Below, in pieces: positions 18,306 through 28,673 of a stretch of DNA of 49,826 nucleotides. Below the pieces are notes generated by a model, which saw only the letters and a program-made list of their open reading frames with translations, made no database searches and was not told the origin of the DNA. The DNA lies in assembly GCA_017450845.1 (NCBI GenBank), contig JAFSSU010000303.1:1-49826 (forward strand), in the 5' to 3' direction. The position numbers and the translations under genes were made by a program. Origin of the DNA: Treponema sp. (GTDB lineage: Bacteria > Spirochaetota > Spirochaetia > Treponematales > Treponemataceae). The first letter of the stretch is position 1, and each line of letters starts with the position of its first letter.

Positions 18306-18399
18306 GAAACCCTTCTATTTCTGATGGTTTTATATTAAGGTAGTATTCATTGCGGAGGCGTTTTTCCGCCTCATGCGATTATTAGTAAACACCGGGGAA

Positions 18400-21300
18400 A
18401 TGAAAAAGTCAAGGTTCATAAAAACAGCGGTGGCGCTACTTGTATTCCTCTTGATTTTTCTGGCCAGCCTGTATTTCCTGAGGCCCGCCTACCGGGAGAT
18501 AGACGGCAGGATGAGGCGGGCCGAGGGCCTGTTCCTTGCGGAGCTCTCGGAGACCACGGGCCTGGGGCTGGCTTACGGTTCCCTGTCCCCCTCCATACTG
18601 ACCGGCATAACGATAAGCGATATCCGTGTCTATGATTCGCGGACGGACGAGGACATCCTGACCATAAAGAAAGCCGTCTTCCGCTACAGTCTCTGGAGCC
18701 TTCTGACCCGGGACTTTGACCATGCGTTCTCCCTTCTGTCCGTCTCCGAGGTGAAGGGCGATTTTTCATCCGAGAAGATTGCCGGCATCCGCAAGTGCCT
18801 TGCCGAGAGCAGGGAGCGGAAAAAGAAAGGAAAAGAACTTGTCCTGGGGGAGTCGGGAGGTGAAGCTCCTGCCCCGGAGCCCGATGCCGGGCCGGAACCG
18901 GAACCCCAGGCCGGGAATCCAGCGGTCAGCCTGGAAGTGGACGGTGTGGACAAAGGTGAGTTCCTGAGTGCGGAGCAAAAGGCCTTCATAAACAAAATCC
19001 TCTCGATACTGCCCGGCAAGATTGTCTTCAAGGATGTCGCGGCAAGCTACTCCATGAAGGGCAAGAACCTGGATTTCAAGCTGGGCAAGCTCTCCTTCAG
19101 CAAGAAGAAGGACAAGAACGTCAGGGCCGTGGCCGATTCCGGCTCCGTCATTCTGCGCCTGTACGGTGGCAGCAGCGCCGCGACCCGCTTCAACCTGAAC
19201 GGGAACGTTGTCCCCGGTTTTTCCGGCTCCTCTGCCATCCTGACCCTTTCCCCCTATCTTGCGGCCGACTATACCTTGCAGAAGACCCAGTTTCTGGTCC
19301 GTTACGCCGACAACACCATCGTTGCACGTTCCACCCAGAGGGCCCTGCCCTACAGCCTGTCGGCGGAATACGATATCCCGAGGAAAACGGGCTTGCTCGA
19401 CGTGGATTTGAATGGAATCAGCATTCTTTCTCTCGTCAAGCTGCCGCTTAAAAGTCCCCGGGTCAAGGCTCTCGCGGACAGTCCTCTCACGATCAAGGCG
19501 GAAGCCAGGTTGAGCCTTGCGGACAAGAGTTTCTCTTGGGCAGGGGAAGGGAGCTTTGACCTGCCGCCGGACCTGCTGAAGGCGGAGGAGAAGCTTGCCT
19601 TCAAGGCTTCTGGAAACGAGAAACTCCTGACGGTGGATTCCCTGACCGTGACGGGCAAGGCCCTCCGCGCAAGCCTTTCCGGGAAACTCGACCTGGTGAC
19701 CAAGGTGCCGGACTGCTCGCTCAGGGTGGACTCCTTCTTGCTGCCTAACGGTAACAGGCTTGCTTTCTCTGCCTCCGTCAGGGCGGACGGCCGGACGGTG
19801 CATGCCCAGATCCCCAGACTTGACCTGGGGAATGTCTCCTTCAGCTCCGTTTCCGCCGTGGTCAGGGTGGAGGACGACTTTGCCCCGTTCAGCCTTTCTC
19901 TTTCTTCCGCCGCTTCTTCCGTCACGGGCAAAGGTTCCTTCTACTGGTCGGGTGGCAGGAAGCTTTCCGCCAGCGTCTCCTTGGGCTCCCTCCGTGCGGC
20001 GACAGTGGCCGAGGCGGCATGCTTCTTCCTGGACAGCAAGAAGGCCGGGACTCTGGGGCGCTATATGGACCGCCTGTCCCCTGTCGTGGCGGACGGGGAG
20101 ATGTCGTTCTCGACTGATTTCCATGACATAAGCTATGAGCTTTCCTCGTTCACCGTGACTGACAGCAGCAAGGAGGGCAGGCGCCTTTCCCTGACGCTTT
20201 CCGGAAGCAAGAGTTCCTTGTCCGTCAGGAGCCTGAACCTGGATTGGGGGCCTGTCCGCCTGAAGGCAGGGGCCGAGGCCCTGATGTCGCTTGAGGACAA
20301 GGAAGTCACTTTTACCACGTCCATGGACCTGAACGGGATTCCCTATGACTTCACCGGCTCATTCGCCAAGGGACGCTGGTTCAACCTTTCTGGTTCCTAT
20401 GGGATAGACATAATCGCGAACCTGGAGAAGGGGGCCTCCGGTTCCGCAAAAATCCTCTCCTTCCCGGTTTCCCTGAAGAACAGTGAGTTTGCCCTCTCGC
20501 TCGACGGGGAGTTCAACGTCAAATCCCTTCAGGACTTCCTTGTCGGCATAAAATCCTTCCAGCTGGCGGAGACGAAGGGAAAGCTGGGCAGGTCGCCCAA
20601 AATCTCCCTGACAGGGAAGCTTGACCCGATGGGATTCATCATCGACAACATCTCCTATTCCGACATAAACACATCCAACGGGGGGAAGGGCTATATCCTG
20701 TGGAACCTGCATGACGGGATACTGGAGTCGGCGAACCTCTCGATAGCCATGTCCAACGAGTTCTCCAGGGAGACGATAAGCATCGTGGGCGACTTTACGA
20801 ACCCCCTGCATGCGAAGCTGACCAAGGAGACCCTGCTGCATGACTGCTATTTCTCCCTGCTGAGCGATATCCGGGCCTTCCCCCTGATGCGCTTCATCCC
20901 CAACCAGTATGCGGACGATACCTTCAACGGTTCCATCGTTGCGAGCGGGACCATCGAAAACCCCTATGTATCCGTCAATCTGGAGAATTTTTCCCTGCAG
21001 CTGGGAACCAAGCCCGTTATCGTGAACGGGACTGCCGAGCTCCTTGAGGGAGACCTGTTCATCCCCGACCTTGACGTCGTGTGGGGAGGAATGAGGCTGA
21101 CAGACTTCACGACCGACCTGGACCTGACGACTTTCAACGGGACCGCCTCCGGCGAGTATTCCATGCGCGTGCTGGGCAGCCACTATATAAAGCTTCCCCT
21201 GAAGCTTTCCATAAAGAACGGGGACGAGAAGCAGGAGCGGCACAGCCTCCTGGAGCGCTTTGTCCCGGCGAAGTTCACCGTGGACGTGGACTCCTCCGTC

Positions 21301-23034
21301 AGCTGCGAGGGCATTATCAAGGGGACGATTCCGCTCAAGGCGGACGTGATCCGCGAGGGCCGGGACATACACTTCGCCACGGACAAGAACCTAGGGGTGA
21401 GCGGGAGCTTCCTGACGGGGACAGGGAATCTCAGCGTGAAAGTCAGCGACGACAAGCCCCTCCACGGGCGGGCGGACGGCACCATAAAGAAGTCCATGAT
21501 AGACCTGTCCATAAGGGACATAAAGGGTGACTTCTCCAAATTCCAGGACATACTCAGCACCGAGGCCTTCGGTTTGTACGGGGGCCTTGCCTCAGGATAC
21601 GTCGCCATAAGGGGTATGACGAGCGACCCCAGCCTGGACGGGACCCTGCTTGTAAGGAACCTGGAGGTCGGAGTCCCTGCGGTGACCGAGGACCACCTGT
21701 ATGCCAAGAACATGCTCCTGACGATGTTCGGGCAGAGAATCGAGATGCCCAGCTGCCGGGTTATTGCCGGTGGAACCAGGCTGGACCTTACGGCCCTTAT
21801 GCGCAAGGAGAGGTGGAAGATAGCTTCTGTGGACGTGACTGCCAGGACCGTGGAGGAAGACAGGCTTGCCGTGAAGATGGCTATTCCGAGGGCGGATGTC
21901 AAGGGACGGGTCGCTCTCGATGCCTCCATGCACTATGAGGATTATACGCTGAAGACCGACATAAATGCCTCCATCGAGCAGGGGGAGGTCGGAATCGTCA
22001 CCGCCCTGACGAATATCCGCCCTATCGGCACCCTTGTGACCCTCTCCGGCGGCACGGTCAGGGAGGCAAAGAAGGACACGGGCAAGCCGAGCGCGTGGCA
22101 GTCCCTTACGCGGTCGAACGATGTTATCATAAACGTGAATGCTACCGTGGGACGTAAGGTTGACCTCGTGATAAACCCGCTGATACAGGCGATGGTGAAT
22201 CCAGGGACCAAATTCGAATTCTCCTTGGACACCTCCCAGTCGTCATGGAGCATGAAGAGCGACGTGGGGCTGAGGGGCGGCCATCTGACATACCTGAGCC
22301 GTAACTTCTATCTTAAGGAAGGTCAGGTGACCCTGAACGAGAGCGAGAAGTCCTTCAATCCCCTCATAACTGCCAGGGCCGAGACCAAGGAGAGGGACAC
22401 GGACGGTGTCGTCGTCACCCTGATTCTGGAGGCCGTCAAGCAGAGCTTCTCGGCTTTCTCGCCCCACGTGTATTCCAATCCTCCCCGGTCCGAGGCCGAG
22501 ATCATGACGATGCTGGGGCAGGTCGTGACCGCCGACTCGGAGAATGCGGGCAGTTTCCTGCTTTCGGGGCTTGATTACGGGGTTCAGTTCACGGTCGTTA
22601 AAAAAATGGAAAACGCATTGCGTGATTTGCTGAATTTTGATATATTCTCTGTGCGTATGAACATCTTGCAGAATGCCCTCAACTACGGGCTTTCCGCCTC
22701 GAGGGATTCCTATAACGGAAGTTTTAACGGTTATAGCAACCCATTGGGTAACTTTTTGGATAATGCGAGTGTTTATATGGGTAAGTATTTCGGCGATTCG
22801 ATTTATGCCGATGCCCTGCTGCAATTCACGTATGACGAGTACTCCGGCATGAAGGGGTCCGGTATGCTGGGCAGCGGGATTGTTTTCCGGCCCGAGCTTG
22901 GTCTCGAGCTGGCGGCTCCGTTCGCGAACATAAGGTGGAATTTTGCCCCTGACCTTGAGCCTTTGCGGTACGGGAACGTGCCGGACATAGTGGCGGGCAA
23001 TTCCATAACTTTGTCATGGAGATTTACGTTTTGA
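18400..23034 (+). CDS. tamB: TamB/AsmA-like large periplasmic beta-taco protein
   Basis: About 1540 aa, N-terminal TM anchor, long amphipathic beta-strand content, DUF490-like C-terminus (FNPLITARAE, YSNPPRSEAEI, YMGKY); directly upstream of bamA. Confidence 0.8.
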   Translation: MKKSRFIKTAVALLVFLLIFLASLYFLRPAYREIDGRMRRAEGLFLAELSETTGLGLAYGSLSPSILTGITISDIRVYDSRTDEDILTIKKAVFRYSLWSLLTRDFDHAFSLLSVSEVKGDFSSEKIAGIRKCLAESRERKKKGKELVLGESGGEAPAPEPDAGPEPEPQAGNPAVSLEVDGVDKGEFLSAEQKAFINKILSILPGKIVFKDVAASYSMKGKNLDFKLGKLSFSKKKDKNVRAVADSGSVILRLYGGSSAATRFNLNGNVVPGFSGSSAILTLSPYLAADYTLQKTQFLVRYADNTIVARSTQRALPYSLSAEYDIPRKTGLLDVDLNGISILSLVKLPLKSPRVKALADSPLTIKAEARLSLADKSFSWAGEGSFDLPPDLLKAEEKLAFKASGNEKLLTVDSLTVTGKALRASLSGKLDLVTKVPDCSLRVDSFLLPNGNRLAFSASVRADGRTVHAQIPRLDLGNVSFSSVSAVVRVEDDFAPFSLSLSSAASSVTGKGSFYWSGGRKLSASVSLGSLRAATVAEAACFFLDSKKAGTLGRYMDRLSPVVADGEMSFSTDFHDISYELSSFTVTDSSKEGRRLSLTLSGSKSSLSVRSLNLDWGPVRLKAGAEALMSLEDKEVTFTTSMDLNGIPYDFTGSFAKGRWFNLSGSYGIDIIANLEKGASGSAKILSFPVSLKNSEFALSLDGEFNVKSLQDFLVGIKSFQLAETKGKLGRSPKISLTGKLDPMGFIIDNISYSDINTSNGGKGYILWNLHDGILESANLSIAMSNEFSRETISIVGDFTNPLHAKLTKETLLHDCYFSLLSDIRAFPLMRFIPNQYADDTFNGSIVASGTIENPYVSVNLENFSLQLGTKPVIVNGTAELLEGDLFIPDLDVVWGGMRLTDFTTDLDLTTFNGTASGEYSMRVLGSHYIKLPLKLSIKNGDEKQERHSLLERFVPAKFTVDVDSSVSCEGIIKGTIPLKADVIREGRDIHFATDKNLGVSGSFLTGTGNLSVKVSDDKPLHGRADGTIKKSMIDLSIRDIKGDFSKFQDILSTEAFGLYGGLASGYVAIRGMTSDPSLDGTLLVRNLEVGVPAVTEDHLYAKNMLLTMFGQRIEMPSCRVIAGGTRLDLTALMRKERWKIASVDVTARTVEEDRLAVKMAIPRADVKGRVALDASMHYEDYTLKTDINASIEQGEVGIVTALTNIRPIGTLVTLSGGTVREAKKDTGKPSAWQSLTRSNDVIINVNATVGRKVDLVINPLIQAMVNPGTKFEFSLDTSQSSWSMKSDVGLRGGHLTYLSRNFYLKEGQVTLNESEKSFNPLITARAETKERDTDGVVVTLILEAVKQSFSAFSPHVYSNPPRSEAEIMTMLGQVVTADSENAGSFLLSGLDYGVQFTVVKKMENALRDLLNFDIFSVRMNILQNALNYGLSASRDSYNGSFNGYSNPLGNFLDNASVYMGKYFGDSIYADALLQFTYDEYSGMKGSGMLGSGIVFRPELGLELAAPFANIRWNFAPDLEPLRYGNVPDIVAGNSITLSWRFTF

Positions 23035-23048
23035 CGATGAGGACTTTT

Positions 23049-25508
23049 ATGCATATAAAGAGGCTGCTTTCAGTTTTCCTTCTCGCTCTTTTTGCTGGAA
23101 TCGTGCAGCTTCCGGCCCAAGAGTCGGAGGACTGGTACTACGGCAAGCCCATCCGCGATATAAAATTCAACGGGCTGGACAATGTTAACGAGGGTGACCT
23201 CAGGGGCATAACCGAGCGTTTCGTGGGGGAAACCTTCTCCGATGAGCTTTTCGCCGACCTCATAAACAGGCTTTTTGCCCTGGACTTCTTTGAGGATATA
23301 GAGCCGAGCGCTGTTCCTGTCGATAAAAACTTTCAGACTGTCAGAATCGTCATAGATGTCGTGGAGAAGCCCGTCGTCCAGAAAGTCCGCTTCCTGGGGG
23401 CCTACAAGGTTAAGTCCGATGACCTGAAGGAGCAGATTTCAACAAAGGACAAGGCTGTCTTCGATGAGAGCAAGATTGCCTCTGATGTGACCGCCATACG
23501 GAACGTCTATTACTCCAAGGGTTACAGCGAGGTCCAGGTTACGTCCGAGACCGAGCAGGGGAGTGACGGCATCATCGTCACCTTCCGTATAAAGGAAGGA
23601 AGTCAGGTCGTCGTCAAGGACATCGTGTTCACCGGCAACCGCATGGTTTCGTCAAGGACTTTGCGGAGCAAGCTCACCTCCAAGAAGGCATCCATCATGA
23701 ACCGTGACGGCTTCAGCGATGCCTCCATCGAGCAGGACAAAAAGGCGATAATGCAATACTACGCCGAGAACGGCTACATCGATGTGAACGTCATAAACGT
23801 CGAGCAGACGGCTGAGCGCAATGAGAAGAAGGACCGGCAGGAGATAACCCTCACTTTTAATATAGAGGAGGGATCCCAGTACACATTCAGCGGGATCAAG
23901 ATAGAGGGTGCCGAGATTTTTAAGGCTGAGGAGCTTGTCTCCTTGGTCAGGCTCAAACCAGGCGATGTTTTCAATATAACAAAATTCCAGGAGGGCATGA
24001 CCGCGATTCAGAGCAAGTATACCGACTCGGGTTATTGGTCTAACCAGTATCAGCCGCAGGTGGACAGGAATCCGGATGCCAAGACCATTGGTTATACTGT
24101 TTATATACATGAGGGTGAGCGAAGTCACATAGAGAGCATACATCTTCAGGGAAACACGAGGACCAAGGATGAGGTCATACTCCGGGAACTGCCCCTTCAG
24201 GAGGGTGACGTATTCTCAAACGAGAAGGTGACCACTGGTCTTCGGAGCCTCTATAACCTCCGCTATTTCTCGAGCATTGTCCCCGAGATTACTCCTGGTT
24301 CGGAAGAGGACCTCGTTGACCTTACATTGAAGCTTGCCGAGCAGAGCACGAGGTCCGTGCAGTTCGGCATGACTTTCAGCGGCTCCTCTAATGCTGATGA
24401 TTTCCCGATATCCCTGTCCTTGGGCCTTGCGGACTCCAACCTGTTCGGCCTTGGAAAGAGTGCTAGCCTGTCAGCCTCCGTTGCGACAAACAACCAGTCT
24501 GTATCGGCGAGCTACGGGGTTCCCTACCTGTTCGGGAAGCCTATCTCCAACACTGTCTCCCTGTCATATGCCCGTGCAAAGATTTTCACGCCAAGGAATG
24601 TGTTCCTTCCTGACGGGGGCGTGGACAACCTGACCAACTACTTTGACTTCATACAGCACAAGATTTCCCTTTCGGATTCTATGGCGAGACGCTGGCAGTT
24701 GCGCTGGGGTGACTTCACCCTCGCCGGCGGAGGTTCGATTTCTCTGATGACGAACATCTATGACGGGGATTCATATATACCGACATTCTCGTCCATCGAG
24801 GAATATCACAACAGGTGGAATCCGAAGAATACCGTGTATGGTCAGGTTTCCTTTGACGGGCGTGACTTTTATTTCAACCCGAGTAAAGGCTGGTTTGCGA
24901 GCCAGAGGCTTACATGGATAGGACTTATCCCGAAAGATGTGATTTTTGAGAATTTCGGCGAGACAGAATTCATCCTCCGGTCCACTACGACGGGCGAAGC
25001 GTACTTCCAGCTTGTGAACAAGCCTATCACGGAAAAATTCGCTTTCCAGCTCATACTCGCCGGTATAACTCAGTTCACTTACCAGAAAGCTTTCTTTGGA
25101 AGCGCGATATCTTCTATGAACAAGCTTTCCGTGGACGGGATGGTGTTCGGCCGCGGATGGGAGATATCCGACAAGGGCTTTGGTAACGGGGACATCCTGT
25201 GGAACAGCTCTGTTGAGCTTCGCTACCCGGTTCTCAAGAATGCTCTGTCTGTCGATTTGTTCTTCGATGCCTCCATGGTCAAGGACACGAGCTTCAGCAA
25301 CATGGATATAAGCGACACGAACAACTGGTTCTTCAGCTTCGGTCCGGGCTTGCGCCTCCTCATGCAGCAGTTGCCGATACGCGTGTATCTGGCTAACAAC
25401 TTCATGCTGAACGATGGTTTTTCATGGCGCAAGGCCAACGGTGACCTTGCGGACAGTTTCTTGTCGGGATGGCACTTCGTCCTGTCCTTCTCTTCGCCGA
25501 ACAGATAA
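23049..25508 (+). CDS. bamA: Outer membrane protein assembly factor BamA
   Basis: Signal peptide, POTRA repeats (GNTRTKDEVILRE, YFS), NLFGLG, PSKG, GRGW loop-6 motif, C-terminal beta-barrel. ATG 23049 follows GAGGA. Confidence 0.95.
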   Translation: MHIKRLLSVFLLALFAGIVQLPAQESEDWYYGKPIRDIKFNGLDNVNEGDLRGITERFVGETFSDELFADLINRLFALDFFEDIEPSAVPVDKNFQTVRIVIDVVEKPVVQKVRFLGAYKVKSDDLKEQISTKDKAVFDESKIASDVTAIRNVYYSKGYSEVQVTSETEQGSDGIIVTFRIKEGSQVVVKDIVFTGNRMVSSRTLRSKLTSKKASIMNRDGFSDASIEQDKKAIMQYYAENGYIDVNVINVEQTAERNEKKDRQEITLTFNIEEGSQYTFSGIKIEGAEIFKAEELVSLVRLKPGDVFNITKFQEGMTAIQSKYTDSGYWSNQYQPQVDRNPDAKTIGYTVYIHEGERSHIESIHLQGNTRTKDEVILRELPLQEGDVFSNEKVTTGLRSLYNLRYFSSIVPEITPGSEEDLVDLTLKLAEQSTRSVQFGMTFSGSSNADDFPISLSLGLADSNLFGLGKSASLSASVATNNQSVSASYGVPYLFGKPISNTVSLSYARAKIFTPRNVFLPDGGVDNLTNYFDFIQHKISLSDSMARRWQLRWGDFTLAGGGSISLMTNIYDGDSYIPTFSSIEEYHNRWNPKNTVYGQVSFDGRDFYFNPSKGWFASQRLTWIGLIPKDVIFENFGETEFILRSTTTGEAYFQLVNKPITEKFAFQLILAGITQFTYQKAFFGSAISSMNKLSVDGMVFGRGWEISDKGFGNGDILWNSSVELRYPVLKNALSVDLFFDASMVKDTSFSNMDISDTNNWFFSFGPGLRLLMQQLPIRVYLANNFMLNDGFSWRKANGDLADSFLSGWHFVLSFSSPNR

Positions 25509-25533
25509 GCTGGGTTACAAGGAGCTTTTGTAT

Positions 25534-26061
25534 ATGAGATGCAGTAATATAATCCGGGGGCTTTTTGCCGCTTTCCTCTTGCTTTTGCCGCAGCTGGCCT
25601 TTTCCCAGCAGATTACCCGTTTCGCCGTCATAGACACGGCGAGGGTTTATCAGGCTTATTTCCGTAATTCCTCACCTGTCCGCAACTATGAGAACAGGCG
25701 GGGCGACTACCAGAGCGAGATAGACAGCTTGACCAAGGAGCTGGAGACCCTTCATGACCAGAAGCTTGAGTACGAGCGGAACGGGGATTCTGCGTCCGCC
25801 TCTAAGCTTGCGGCTGAGATTTCCCAGAAGAGCGACTATATCAAGGAGTATGCGGCTGCGAAAAATGCGGAGCTGGAGGCTCTCAAGTCCTCGCTGGAGA
25901 ACAATGACGAGTTCTATGAGAGCTTGTATGCGACGATAGAGAAAATAGCAGAGAGCGGAGGTTATAGCGTCGTCATGAGCCTTCAGCAGGCCAACGCAAT
26001 CCTGTGGTACAGTCCTTCAGTCGATATTACCGATGACGTCATAAGACAGCTGGGACTATAG
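25534..26061 (+). CDS. skp: OmpH/Skp periplasmic chaperone
   Basis: Signal peptide, FAVID, coiled coil, IAESGGYSVV, VDITDDVI; follows bamA. Confidence 0.9.
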   Translation: MRCSNIIRGLFAAFLLLLPQLAFSQQITRFAVIDTARVYQAYFRNSSPVRNYENRRGDYQSEIDSLTKELETLHDQKLEYERNGDSASASKLAAEISQKSDYIKEYAAAKNAELEALKSSLENNDEFYESLYATIEKIAESGGYSVVMSLQQANAILWYSPSVDITDDVIRQLGL

Positions 26062-28658
26062 TGGCAGACGAAACACCTCTTTTCCTTCAATATCAGGGCT
26101 TGAAATCCCAGCACCCAGGCGAGATACTGTTCTTCCGCTTGGGTGATTTTTATGAGATGTTCGATGAGCAGGCGGAAGAAGTCTCCAAGCTTCTGAACCT
26201 GACGCTCACTCATCGGGGCGAGCACATGATGTGCGGCATCCCCTATCACGCTTACAAAATATACCTGGCCCGCCTGCTCAGGTTGGGTAGGAAAGTGACC
26301 ATCGCCGAACAGGTCGGTCCGATTGCCCCTCACGGACAGCTGACGGAAAGGAAAGTCGTGGAGACGATAACTCCTGGTACCGTACTTGACAGCGAATTCC
26401 TTGACGGAGGGGCCAATAATTTCCTTGCTTCCTTCTACATAGCAAAAACGAAGGCCTCGTTTGCATACTTGGACGTGACGACCGGTGAGTTCAAGGCGAC
26501 GAGCTTTCCGCTTGAATGTCTGACCGAGAGTTTTCAGAAAGAGATAGGGCGATGCAAGCCCCGGGAACTTCTTCTTCCGGAGAGTACCAGGAAGCTTGAT
26601 TTCATATCCAGGCTTGTCGCTGACTCGGGGCGGATTGCCATATCGTTCTATCCTGACTGGCATTTCAATGCCGGACAATGTTACGATAAGCTGCTCTCGC
26701 ATTTCAGGACAACATCCCTGTCGGCTTTTTCTCTTTCTGAGGAGTCCCCGGAAGTTCCTCCCGCAGGTTTCTTGCTCGACTACATGGAGAAAGCTACAAA
26801 CTCTCCCTCTCCCCACGTGGAGGGGATTACTGTCTACAAGGACAGTGACTATGTCGTGATTGACGAGTCGTCCCGGAAGAACCTGGAGATAACGGAAAAC
26901 CTTCGGGACGGCAGCTTTGCCTTCTCTCTCCTGGAGTGTCTGAATCAGACCAAAACCTCGATGGGACTCCGGATGCTCCGCCGCTTCCTGATGTTTCCCC
27001 TCAAGGACGCGGACGCAATAAGGATGCGGCAGGAACATATTACTCTCTTCGTCAATGACGGCAGCCTGCAGCGGAATTTCCGGACCCAGATGGACGGGAT
27101 ACTGGACATAGAACGGCTTGCCGGCCGCATAGCGATGGACAGGGCTCATGCCAAGGATTTGAAGGCCCTTGAGCGGAGCCTGAAGCTCTGGCTTGATGCG
27201 CAGGGGCTTTTGGGCAGCCTGAACTTCGCGTCCCTTTCCACTGATACTGCCCGGGAGATAGTCAGCCAGATAGAAGCCGCCATAATGGACGATCCTTCCA
27301 CAGTGTTCACCGAGGGCAGGATGATAAAAGCCGGTTGGTCTGAGGAGCTTGACCGCTGGCGGGAAGTCCGTGATAATTTTAACAAGGTGCTGGAGGAATA
27401 CGCCGAGGAGGAGAGGCAGGCGACTGGCATCCAGAGCCTCCGCATAAAGAACACCGCGAGCCTGGGCTATTACATAGAGATTACGAAAGCCAAGCTTTCC
27501 TTGGTCCCGGATTATTTCATAAAGAAGCGGACCCTCGTGAATATGGACCGCTTTACGACGGCGCGGCTCAAGGAACTTGAGGACAAGTTGAATGAGTCAG
27601 GTGAGCGGATTTTGCAGCTGGAGCATGATCTCTTCATTGAATTCCGTTCCTCCCTCAAGCAGCACATCGGTTATCTCAGGCAGATGGCGGGAGAGATAGC
27701 TTATGCCGATTGTATTTCCGCCCTGGCCGAGTCAGCCACCCGGAATTCCTGGTCCTGCCCGGTCGTGGAGGACAGCATGGTCTTTGAGGTGCGGGATGGC
27801 CGTCATCCGGTCGTCGAGAGGCATCTGCCCTCCGGGGAGTTTGTTCCCAATGACCTGGAGCTTTGTGAGGAGGGGGCAAGCTTTGCCCTCATAACCGGAC
27901 CGAACATGGCGGGAAAGAGCACTTTCCTCAGGCAGAATGCGCTGATTGCCCTGCTTGCACAGATAGGGAGTTTCGTGCCTGCTTCCAGCGCGCGGCTGGG
28001 GATGGTGGACAGAATTTTCTGCAGGGTAGGGGCGAGCGACAACCTTGCCCGGGGGGAGTCCACCTTCCTGGTCGAGATGTCCGAGACTGCCCGCATTCTG
28101 CGGTCTGCCTCGGAGCGCTCTCTTGTCATAATGGACGAAGTGGGACGAGGAACCAGCACTGAGGACGGGCTTTCCATCGCCTGGGCTGTCAGCGAGCATC
28201 TTCTGAACAGCATCCGGTGCAAGACACTCTTTGCAACGCACTACCATGAGCTTACCCGCCTTGAGAACCCGCACATAAAGAAACTGTGCATGGCTGTCAG
28301 TGAGGAGGGGACAGACATCGTGTTCTTGCGTAAGGTCATCCCCGGGTCCAGCGAGAACAGCTATGGTATCCATGTTGCCCGCCTTGCCGGAATTCCGGCT
28401 CCGGTGCTGGAAAGGGCGGAGGCAATCCTTTCTCATATACAGTCTGAGGCCGAGGACAGGCCCGTCCTCCAGGAGAGTCCTGTTCCGGGGGCAGAGCCGG
28501 CCGAAAAAAGAGAATCTCCCCAGTCGCTTCCCGGTCTGTTCAGCGATGAGGAGATTGTTCTTGATGAGATTTTGTCATCAGATCCCGACAACCTTACCCC
28601 GCTTAAGGCTCTGGAGCTGGTTGCCAGGTGGAAACATGCCCTCCTGCCCCAAGGCTAG
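26061..28658 (+). CDS. mutS: DNA mismatch repair protein MutS
   Basis: FFRLGDFYEMF, ITPGT, GRHPVVE, ITGPNMAGKST, STFLVEM, DEVGRGTS, FATHYHEL, SYGIHVA. Confidence 0.98.
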   Translation: MADETPLFLQYQGLKSQHPGEILFFRLGDFYEMFDEQAEEVSKLLNLTLTHRGEHMMCGIPYHAYKIYLARLLRLGRKVTIAEQVGPIAPHGQLTERKVVETITPGTVLDSEFLDGGANNFLASFYIAKTKASFAYLDVTTGEFKATSFPLECLTESFQKEIGRCKPRELLLPESTRKLDFISRLVADSGRIAISFYPDWHFNAGQCYDKLLSHFRTTSLSAFSLSEESPEVPPAGFLLDYMEKATNSPSPHVEGITVYKDSDYVVIDESSRKNLEITENLRDGSFAFSLLECLNQTKTSMGLRMLRRFLMFPLKDADAIRMRQEHITLFVNDGSLQRNFRTQMDGILDIERLAGRIAMDRAHAKDLKALERSLKLWLDAQGLLGSLNFASLSTDTAREIVSQIEAAIMDDPSTVFTEGRMIKAGWSEELDRWREVRDNFNKVLEEYAEEERQATGIQSLRIKNTASLGYYIEITKAKLSLVPDYFIKKRTLVNMDRFTTARLKELEDKLNESGERILQLEHDLFIEFRSSLKQHIGYLRQMAGEIAYADCISALAESATRNSWSCPVVEDSMVFEVRDGRHPVVERHLPSGEFVPNDLELCEEGASFALITGPNMAGKSTFLRQNALIALLAQIGSFVPASSARLGMVDRIFCRVGASDNLARGESTFLVEMSETARILRSASERSLVIMDEVGRGTSTEDGLSIAWAVSEHLLNSIRCKTLFATHYHELTRLENPHIKKLCMAVSEEGTDIVFLRKVIPGSSENSYGIHVARLAGIPAPVLERAEAILSHIQSEAEDRPVLQESPVPGAEPAEKRESPQSLPGLFSDEEIVLDEILSSDPDNLTPLKALELVARWKHALLPQG

Positions 28659-28673
28659 GGCAGGGGGATATCC

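Noticed and set aside
18355-18372. GAGGCG-TTTTTC-CGCCTC hairpin in the tmk/tamB divergent spacer
   Set aside because: A 6-bp stem with no U-tract or other support; could arise by chance.
25470-25508. BamA lacking a terminal Phe (ends FVLSFSSPNR)
   Set aside because: A short extension after the last beta-strand is usual in spirochaete BamA; no sign of a frameshift.
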